Shown piece after piece: positions 14,306 through 24,414 of a stretch of DNA of 64,000 nucleotides (position 1 is its first letter; each line of letters begins with the position of its first letter). Location: the NCBI RefSeq assembly GCF_009914755.1, contig NC_060944.1; one strand, 5' to 3'. A program made the translations under genes and the position numbers. The DNA is from the human T2T-CHM13v2.0 reference genome, Homo sapiens. The notes beneath the pieces were generated by a model. It saw only the letters and a list, made by a program, of their open reading frames with translations. It was not told the DNA's origin and ran no database searches.

Positions 14306-16711
14306 CCCCTGGGAAGTTTCACTTTGTACAAATCCCTACAGCCCTCTGCCTATGGTATGGGCCCTTTATGTATGTCTGTCCTGCTTCAATAAAGATGGTG
14401 TGAGGGGCACATGGTTTTAAGGAATTCTGAACAAAACATAGAGGTTGCTCTGACCATCAAGTATGGTGTTTCCTCCAAAGGCTGTAGAAATATGCCTGGC
14501 ATAAATCACAGAAGGCTATGAACAGCCAGAGAAATGGAGCATCCACCAGGACTCTGCATCAAACTCCAGGGAAGAGCTCCCTGGAGGTGGAGGCGCTGGC
14601 CAGGCTGGTCTGCCCCATCCCCAGCAGACCACCCTCTGGCCAGGCCTCCCACAGGGAGCTCTCCAGCCCCCAGATGCCTGCTTTTCTGATGGTGCAAACC
14701 AAGCTTCAAGCATGGGAGGCCCTGGCTCCTTGGCCGTGAGCACTCTCTCCCCGACTCAGCCTGGCCCTGCTGTCCTGTCCCTCAAGCCTGCCATCACCCC
14801 ACCCTGGTGGGGCCGTTTTTCTTTCTCCTGCTGAGTAAAGTGTGAAACAGGTGAAAAGGCTGCAGACAGACAGGAGGCCAGCCAGCCAGCCCCAGGCAGT
14901 GCCCCAGCCACCTTGTGGCTGACTCCCATTCCCATACCAGTGACACTCAGAGGGCACTGGGTAGAGCCAGGGTACCTGAGAGGGATGGCAGGAGGGATCA
15001 GGAGAGGCCCACTGGGGTCAGTGCTGTGTGACATGGCTCGGCCTCTCTGGGCTGCAGCCTCCTCCTGCTCTGACGTTCCTCAAACCCCCAAGAGGGTTTC
15101 AGGAAGAGTCACACTGAGGTTGTGAATGGTGACAGAAAGACCAACAGCCCCTTCAATGGGTACCACCCTTCACAGGTTGCAAGTTGCTCTCCTTGTCCCT
15201 CAGGGAGCAGGTGCTAAGGCCAGCACCAAGGGGGAACCTGAGACAGAGAAGAGTCAGTCCCACGACTGGCCAATGGCAGAGCTGAGACCTGCCCTGAAGC
15301 CCCGGTGCAGATTCCAGATCTGGCCTGGGATGTTCCGAGGGCCCTGGGTGCCCCTGGTGGGGAGGGAGAATTCCAGTGCAATGACTGGCATTTCCAGAGA
15401 AATGGTGACACTTCTGTCAGCCAGCACCAGGATTCCCTCAGGAAAACCGGGATCCCTTGGGAACATTGCCAATTCCCTAGAATTCCTGCAGGATTTGTAC
15501 AGTATCTTCAGAGACATTGACATTCTTATGGACAATGATAGCTCTGAGGAAACACTGAAGCGTCATTAGAATTCCTTCAGAAACAAGTAAAAGGTCTTTT
15601 GGAAATAGGGACATTTCATAAAGAAAGGCTGGCATTCCTCAGGAATTTGGGCTGTCCTCTCAGGAATGTGTGCATTCTCATGGGAATTTTGAGATTTCTC
15701 TGAGGAACGATGAGACCCTCACAGGAGGGCAGCGGGCTCCCCCAGACAGTGATTCTCTCCAAGAACACGGAGAGACTCCCCAGGGAGCTGCCTTGGAGTC
15801 CGGAGCTGGCTTCCCCGGGCTTAGGACAGCTTGAGCAATCAGCGGAAAGGGGTGGGCTCTTCCCCATGCATTGTGGATATTCACTCAGAACAGAGACCCG
15901 CCCCCCAAGAGACATACAGACAAGTGCACACACGTACACACACACAAAGCCACATACAGTTACATGCACAGATGCAGTCCACACAGACACACACAGGCAC
16001 CTGCACAAAAGCACACACAGACACAGACACACACCAGAACATACATGGACTCGCAGTGGCTTCAGGAAGTCACACTCCTCCCAAAGTTGCCAGCCCAGAT
16101 GACTTATGGCCTCATTCCCCTCAGGGTTCCAGGGCAGGGCCCTGGATGCCCTCCCCACCTCCGTCCTGGTGTCAGCCAGAGTGACTGGTGCTCCAGGAGC
16201 CCTGCTCAGGCCTCTCAAGCCTCTGCCCACCCCTGGCCCCGGCCCCCACTTGGCCTGCCTACCTGCAACTTAAGCTTCCCTCTGCTCCTGGATCTTACTC
16301 CGGAGGCAGATGCAGGAGTCCCACCGGTCTTGGGTGGCCGGAACCACATCCTAGGTAAGGACCCTGCCCTCCCTGCTCTCAGAGCCCTGGGGAATGCGCA
16401 GGTGATGAGGAGGAAAGAGTTGGAGCCCTGGGTCCCAGTCCTGGCTTTGTCACTGACCTGCCAGGGAACCCAAGGGCCTCAATTTCCAGATCTGCAAAAT
16501 GGGCACCCTCGGTCTTTTGTATATTATGTCTGTCAAACAGCCGATGCCCGACCTGAGGGAGAACCAAAGCCCACTCAGCCAGGGACCCAAACCATGTCAG
16601 CTCATGGATGTTTTGTGTTTATTTTGCTCGTCTGTGGTCCTTTTTAAGACAATGCCGTTAATTTTGGGGACAAAATTTCTTGCTCTGATAATCAAAAATA
16701 ATTATTCCAGC

Positions 16712-17038
<327 letters not shown>

Positions 17039-17674
17039 CTAACATGACTAAGAAAAGCTCCTACCTGGGGGCAGGGACATAAGGACTCAAAGAGATGGTG
17101 CAGGAGTGCTGTGTACAGGGCCTGGCGCTTAGAAAATGTTGTCGTCATCACTCTATGGGCTCCCCCATTAGCCCCGAAGAGAACAGGGTCCCTGCTTTGC
17201 ACAACTGCTTTGTGTGCACAGGTCCCAGGTGAGAAGGGAGCACCCTCACTTCCAGAAACGAGTTCATGCCCATACTCTGCAGGGGGGAAGCCGCGTGAGG
17301 AGCCATTCACGGGGGTGATGGGTAAGTTGAGTGTTTGCAAACAATAGTTGTTGTCGTTCCATTTCTCTGTCCAATTTCTGAGAAGAGAGAATTTCCGCCT
17401 ACTTTGTCTGTAGGGTTCTAGAGCAGACATGGAAAGAATGCCATTGGCTGTACAACACGCCACTCTTTTCTATGTACTAGCAAGAAAAAAAACACACTGT
17501 TACCTAAACACGTTGATGGTAAGATGCATTCTGATTTCCAAGAGAGTAAAATGAGAAAAAGATATGTCTTCAAGCCAATGAAACATGGTGTAAAAACCAT
17601 GACGGGGTCATCAAGGTAATTGATACGACCTCCCAGCCCTTAAGGGGCAAGGAGTGTCCTCCTTCCCACTGTAG

Positions 17675-18013
<339 letters not shown>

Positions 18014-18394
18014 CTATTCCACGTGTTTTAAATGGAGGTTTCAGTTGTATACAGTAAAAGATGCAGTAAGAAAGACAGGTTTTTGCTTATGTGTGCACCC
18101 TTGCAACCACCACCCAGATCAAGGGACAGGACTTTCCCAATACCCAGAAAGAGCCCCTTTTTGCCCCACTGCAGTCAGTACCTGCCCCCAGAGGTGACCC
18201 CTCTTCTGACCTCTATCTCTGTGGGCAAGTACTGTCTGCTCCTGAAATTCACAGAAAGAGCCATACAGTGTGAGCGATTCTGTAGCTGGCTTCTTTTGTT
18301 CAATGTCATGTCTGTGAGATCCCCCTATGTTGTTGCCTGTGTCAGCTTTCTAGCAAATTTATCTGTTTTTCTACATCACACTAAACCCGGTTCA

Positions 18395-18720
18395 GAATGG
18401 GTACAAAAGGGCATAGAGAGGGAAATAATAGACACTGAGGACTCCAAAAGGGGGGAATGGGGAAGGGGAGTGAGGGGGGAAAATTACCTATTGGGTACAA
18501 TGTTCACTATTAGGGTGATGGGTACATTGGAAGCCTAAACTGCACCATTGCACCATTTGTCTCGAACTCTTGTCCTCAGGTGATCCACCTGCCTCGGCAT
18601 CCCAAAGTGCTGGGATTACAGGCGTGAGCCACCACACCTGGTCCATTGCACCATTTGTTATGTGCAATATATCCATATAATAAACTGCACAGATAACTCC
18701 TACATCTATTTTTAATGAAA
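18395..18720 (+). mobile_element. L1 3' end fragment containing an 82-nt Alu piece (18561-18642, minus)
   Basis: 'aatagacactgaggactccaaaagggggg...aaattacctattgggtacaatgttcact' L1 3'UTR. Confidence 0.7.
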
Positions 18721-19538
18721 AATTAGAAAAAAAATGGAAAAATCTGGTTCAGGAACCCAGGCTTCTCCTCTCTCTTGCCCTCCCTGCTGGGGTGCACTCT
18801 GGCAGCAAACAATTCCCCCTGGCCTGTGCGTTGGCTGTGCCCAAGGCTCCCCACTCCGTCTGCAGGGTGGCCTGAGGGGATCCTGCTGGAGCCTCCATCC
18901 CTCAGCAACCTGAGGCCTGGACCCTTTCTTTCTAGCATGTGTCACCGCCCTGCATGAGGGCCACACATTCAGAGCTTCATCAGCATCCTTCAAGCGAGAG
19001 CTCAGATTTTCCCGTTCCATGTCTGCCCTCCTTATGCCCCACATGGGCAAGATCTGCCCTAGCTTGCTGTTCTCCAATCCCAAGCATGCTGGGCCCACCT
19101 TCCTCCTCCACCCATCTCACTCAGTCCTAGGCCTGGGTTTGCTTGAGCTCTCAAACTGGCAGTCCCAGGGATGTGTGCGGGTGTGTGTGTGCACACGAGA
19201 GAGACAAAGTGTATTTAAACAATTTTACAATTTTGAATTAGTTTATAGTGTTTTAAAACCAAGAGCTTTAATGCCTCCTCTTGACAAGTTGTTGTTGACT
19301 GTGTGCTATGATTCAGGCCCCTTTTCAGAGGCTGGGAATACAGAAGTCAACAAAACAAGGACATGGCCAAAAAGAAACTGACATTTTACAGGTGTTTGCA
19401 TTAGAATAATAAAAAAAATTCCTGCTTCTCCTAATAATGGAACATTTCATCCAGAATGGGTACACATATCCTACCTGGCAACAGTAAGAATGGATCCCAG
19501 ATCAGTGGTGACCTGTTGACCAACTGTTGTCTCCGCAG

Positions 19539-19641
19539 GCACCTGCTCTGAACATGGGGATGTTTTTGTGGACTTTCCTCCTCCCTTGGTACCTGCTTAG
19601 CATAAGCCATGCTCAGTTGGGAGGTTCCAGGTCCCAAACAG
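19539..19641 (+). pseudogene. BPIF-like gene: signal-peptide exon (ATG 19554)
   Basis: tgtctccgcag|GCACCTGCTCTGAACATGG...CAAACAG|gtaagc; MGMFLWTFLLPWYLLSISHA/QLGGSRSQT; good Kozak context (aacATGG); ends in phase 1; ATG 15 nt into the exon, the same offset as BPIFA2 exon 2. Confidence 0.8.
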
Positions 19642-20511
19642 GTAAGCCATCCCATCTTTCCTGGAAGCTCCTTCCAAGGAGATTCCAAAAGAAGCAAGTT
19701 TACCTCCATTGGACAAACAGTCATCTGTCATCAAATCTGATTCATTAGAAGAGCTTAGATTTGCAAGTGTCACAAGAGGCAACTGGAGGCAACTCAGAGG
19801 TTCCTAATCTCCTTTAGATCACCTCTTGGTGTCTAGATTATGTATTATATTAACACAAACCACATGCACTCTCTGCTGTCTTAATCATAGTATTCCATTC
19901 TTACACTTAGTTCCCAGGTAAATCTTTCTAGCCTTAATCACTGATGATCTGAGTCCCATGAGATTGCAGAAAGGAGCTTGACCAGTTGCTTTGGGACCAC
20001 ATATCACAGATTTATAGCTTCCAATTTTACAATAAAGAGCTCGTAAAAAAAATCACCCATATGCTTCGAGTCCACAGCCTGACCCATGTTTTCTCTGAAA
20101 ATTTCTTATCTGTAACCCAACTCCTGGTACCAGTTTCTGTCTTAGTTATTGGTTTGGTTGCAAGGAGCAGAAACTTTTCTGACAAAAAAGAAAACAGTAA
20201 AAAAAAAATTGTGAAAAGGGAAGTAGGGTTATCTCTCTGATATCAAAGTTTATACATCCCCTGGACCTCCCAGGGCATTAAAAACAAGATCTGGGAAACT
20301 AACAACAACTAAAGCAGCCACGATGCTTCTTTTTGATTCTCTGAGCATAACTATATCATTGTTTTCTCTTTATTGTTTATCCATTCCACCATAGATGGCC
20401 CAAGTGTGGTCACCACCATGTATCTGACTTTTCATTGCCTCCTGGGTCAAGTGCTCAAGAAAATCTAGTGCAAGATTGAGACTCAGTTCTAAATTTGCAA
20501 GGGTAATTCTT

Positions 20512-20711
20512 TTTTTTTTGATAGTGCTGATTTTCTTTTTTTTTCTTTTTTTTTATTATGCTTTAAGTTTTAGGGTACATGTGCACATTGTGCAGGTTAG
20601 TTACATATGTATACATGTGCCATGCTGGTGCGCTGCACCCACTAACTCGTCATCTAGCATTAGGTATATCTCCCGATGCTATGCCTCCCCCCTCCCCCCA
20701 CCCCACAACAG
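20512..20711 (-). mobile_element. Young 5'-truncated L1PA 3' end in the intron of the BPIF-like gene
   Basis: Near-consensus 'tttaagttttagggtacatgtgcacattgtgcaggttagttacatatg...'; putative TSD aattctt. Confidence 0.85.
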
Positions 20712-20831
20712 AATTCTTATCCTGATTCCTGAATGTGGTCACAGAGCTGGTTCTGGGTTGAGCTCCTTACTCCTATGTTCCTAATGGGAGTGTGTAGCCT
20801 TGAGTTCACCTATGTGTCTCTGTCCCAACAG

Positions 20832-23641
20832 GTAGTAGAAATGGAGGTCTCCTGGGCAGCAGTGGTCTCTTGGGTACAGGACTTCTCAAGAATGGCCAGG
20901 TGCTCGGCAATGGTGGTGTTCTTGGCACAGGCCTTCTCAGTGGGAATAACCATCAGGCTGGGGCCAACAGTGGTTCCCCAACTACAAGAGTTGCTGCTCA
21001 CCTCTCTGAGCCAAACCACCTTGAGAATGACCAGGAATACATTTATCTGAGTTCCCCTCATGCCGAAGATGCCACTGAGTACAGCATCAAGCCTGGGAAA
21101 TCCAGTATGTTCCAGATGCCCACTCTGCTGCCCACACCCCCAGTGAGAATGGCTGCTTCTGCCCCTACTCCATCTGTGAGAATCCATGTGACCAATCAAG
21201 ACACTATGGGTAAACTTGGTCAGAGTGAGATGGGCGGTCCAGGCTCTACTGACAAAAGTGCTGTGATCAGTCAAGGATCCTTAGGTCACAAAGGAATGAC
21301 TACCCCTGGACAATTAAGTCAGAAGGTTATAAAGAGCCTTGGCTACTCTGACCACAAGTGGATGACCCAATCTGGCCATACAGGTGTGGGTGATATGAGC
21401 TTCTCAGGCAGTGGTCAACCTTCAGATGCTTCTTCAGGAAATGCTGTTGTGTCTGGGGTGGCTTCACCTGGCAGTTACGGTCAGTATGGGGCTGAGTCAT
21501 CTGATGGTTTGGGTCAATCTAGGGCAGGACTAATAACTGATCATCCTGGGACTGGGAAAAATGATGATTTTGGTCAGTCTGAGGCAGGGTTAATGAGTTA
21601 TCAGACTGGTGGTAGGTCATCTGGTTACGGTCAAACTGGGGATAGGTCATATGAGTATGGTCAGCAAGGAAACAAGTCATTTGGAGGGTATGGTCAGTCT
21701 GGGGTGGAGTCAATAAACAGCCTGAGCCTGGGTCATCTGGTGGCTTGGGTCAATCTGGAGCAGAGCCAATGAATGGTAAGTAAGGGGCTGGATCATTTAG
21801 GGGTTTGGGTCAATCTGGGGTAGGTTCAATGAATTCTCAGACCGGCAATAGGTTTCCTAGTGGTTATGGTCAAACTGAGGCTGGGCAATCTGGTGGCTAC
21901 GATCAGTTTGGGACAGGGTCATTTGGAAGGTATGGTCAGTCTGAGGCAGGGTCAATAAATGTTCAATCTGGGTCTAGACCATCTAATGGTATGGGTCAAC
22001 TTGGAGCAGAGTCAATGAACAGTCAGCCTGGGGCTAAACCATCTGGTAGCCATGGTCAGTTTGGGACAGGGTCATTAGGAGCGTATAGTCAGTCTGGGTC
22101 TGGATCATCTGGTTCTTTGGGTCGATCTGGAGCAGGGTGAGTGAATGATCCAACTGGATATAGGTTATCTAGTGCTTATGGTCAAACTGGGGCAGGGTCA
22201 CTAAATGGTCAGTCTGGGGTTGGGTTATCTGGTAGTCTTGGTCAATCTGGGGCAGGGTCAATGAGTGGTCAGACTGGGGATAGGTTATCTAGTGATAATG
22301 GTCAAACTGGGGCTGGATTATCTGGTTGTCTTGGTCAGTCTGGGACAGGGTCAATGAGTGGTCAGATTGGAGACAGGTCATCTAGTGGTTATGGTCAAAC
22401 TGGGCCAGGGCCACTAAATGATCAGTCTGGGGCTGGGTTATCTGGTGGTCTTGGTCAGTCTGGGGCAGGGTCAATGAGTGGTCAGACTGGGGATAGGTCA
22501 TCTAGTGGTTATGGACATCTTGGGACAAAGACATCTGTAAGCTATGGTCAGTCTGGGGCAAGGTTAATGAATGTTCATCCTGGAGATGGGACAACTGGTA
22601 GTATTGATCAATCTGGGGTAGGGTCAATGAATGGTCAGCCTGGGCCAGGAACATATGCTGGTGACAGTCAGTTTGCACTAGGAGCATCTGGAGGATATGG
22701 CCAACCTAGGTATGGGTCACCTAGTCATTTTAGTCAATCTGAGACTGTATCATTGAATGGTCAGCCCAGAGTTAGGTCATCTGGTGTGCTGGGTCAGTCT
22801 AGGGTTGAATCAATGAATGGTCAGCTTGGGGTGGGACTGTCTGATGGCTCTGTTCAACCTGGGGCAAGATCATCAGGAGGAAATGTTCAACTTGGAGAAG
22901 GGACATCTGATCGTGATATGCATTCTGGGGCTGGATCATCTATAAATTCTGGTCAGTTTGGGGCTGGGATATCTGTTGGCTATGGTCAGTCTGGAGCTAA
23001 GTCACATGACAGTCATGGTCAGTCTGAAGCTCGGTCAGTCTAGAGGTTATGGTCAATTTGGGGCTGGAGTATCTTTTAGCTGTGGCCACTCAGGAGCTAG
23101 GCCACCTAATGATTATGACAAGTCTGGGGCTGGGTTCTACTTAGGTCACGGCCAGCCTGGGCGTGGCACCCCTGGCCCCTCTGGTCCACCTGGGGAAACA
23201 CCATCTGGAGATCTTGGCCACATGGGATCCCCAGTGGATGATAAGGCTCCCCAACACAGGAGTCCAGTCAATGGCAACACACTGCCTCCCCCGGTTCATG
23301 ATGGTCAAGGAGGGGGGTATAGGAGCAGGAGCTGGAAACACACTCAGTCAGCAATTGCCAACAACTGCCCTCAACAAAGACCTCCTGGCTCAGGAAGGGC
23401 TGCTTGGAGCCATCATTCTCAACAACCAGAATCTGGTTAGGGAGAGAGAGATGCTACTTAAGATCCTCCTGGGCAGCAGGACCTTACCTACTGGAAAAGA
23501 TCATCTGCTGGAGGCAGCAGGGTCTCTGGCTCTGGAAGGACTGCTCTGCAAGGGTTCTCTGGGGGGCCTCTGTGGCCACGGGAGTCTTGTTGGCATCAAC
23601 AATGTTCTGAAGAGCACTTCTTTCGGGAAACTCAACAGCTG
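20832..23641 (+). pseudogene. BPIF-like gene: giant 2810-nt exon with GLLG repeats and G/S/Q-rich (GQSG/GQTG) tandem repeats; disabled
   Basis: ctgtcccaacag|GT acceptor is in phase with the signal exon; ORFs 20870-21772, 21805-22140, 22141-23043, 22958-23440 and 23163-23645 tile one repetitive protein; ends AGCTG|gtaagt in phase 2. Confidence 0.8.
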
Positions 23642-24234
23642 GTAAGTTTAAGTCCTTCATCAATAAAACAGTTTCCCAATGCACTGATCAACAAGGGTTC
23701 TAGGTGCTCACTATATGTTAAGTGTTGGAGTCTGACTCACCTAATTGGAAGGCAGACAGTAAGAAGGCAGCCTCAGACGCCGCCTCCTCCTGCAAACTCT
23801 CAGCCCACTGCCCAGCATCCCATCATTATGGCTTCACCCCTTGGATTTATGAAGGTTTGTCTAAGCCTCCACTAAATTACAAATAGCATTGAAAAGGGGT
23901 ACAGCAGAAGCTCTTCCCAGCTAGTACTTTAGTTATTATTTAATACCCCAGTGGTTAAAAACAGCATCTTTGTATGCTAACACTGTAATTTCCAACTGAT
24001 GCTTTGAATTTGACATCTTAATTTTCCTTTAACATCTTAATTAACTACAAAAGTGTTAGTTATCAGCTAATGCTTTTCTTGTCTAGGATTTGGAAATGGG
24101 ATTTAGAATGGAAATCTAGGTCAAGGATACGAAGGCCCAGGATAGAAGAAAAGCCATGTTGAAGTTTGAGTAATAAGTCGAGAAGACTGGGAAGTTCTGC
24201 TTTTCCACTTCACCTTGCTCTTCCCATTCTTCAG

Positions 24235-24342
24235 GCTCAAAATCATCAACTTTGATATCATCCAGGTGGCGTGGAAGAAGGTCTATCCTTTATCCAACCT
24301 CCAACTAGAATTTCAGACCAGGTTGACTATCAAACTCCCAGG
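24235..24342 (+). pseudogene. BPIF-like gene: BPI exon homologous to BPIFA2 exon 4 (108 nt, phase 2-2)
   Basis: ttcttcag|GCTCAAAATCATC...CCCAGG|gtgagt; same length and phase as BPIFA2 exon 4, starts LKI, ends G. Confidence 0.85.
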
Positions 24343-24414
24343 GTGAGTAACTTATTCATGGCAAGAGAAGCCAGGTGGAAGAGAATTCTTGGAGATAGTA
24401 GGCAGTTTTTTTAA

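Noticed and set aside
15616-16647. ORFs of 204-258 aa
   Set aside because: Driven by CA-rich low-complexity sequence
18712-19098. Minus-strand ORF with LENSKLGQI...AD, superficially EH-domain-like
   Set aside because: Similarity too short; no supporting flanking homology or retrocopy hallmarks
20870-23645. Treating the G/S/Q ORFs as separate intronless genes or a hornerin retrocopy
   Set aside because: They tile one exon bounded by in-phase splice sites; no S100/EF-hand N-terminus, poly-A or TSD
19641-24235. Rescue of the hidden gene by skipping the giant exon
   Set aside because: Signal exon ends in phase 1 and the next exon starts in phase 2, so skipping causes a frameshift
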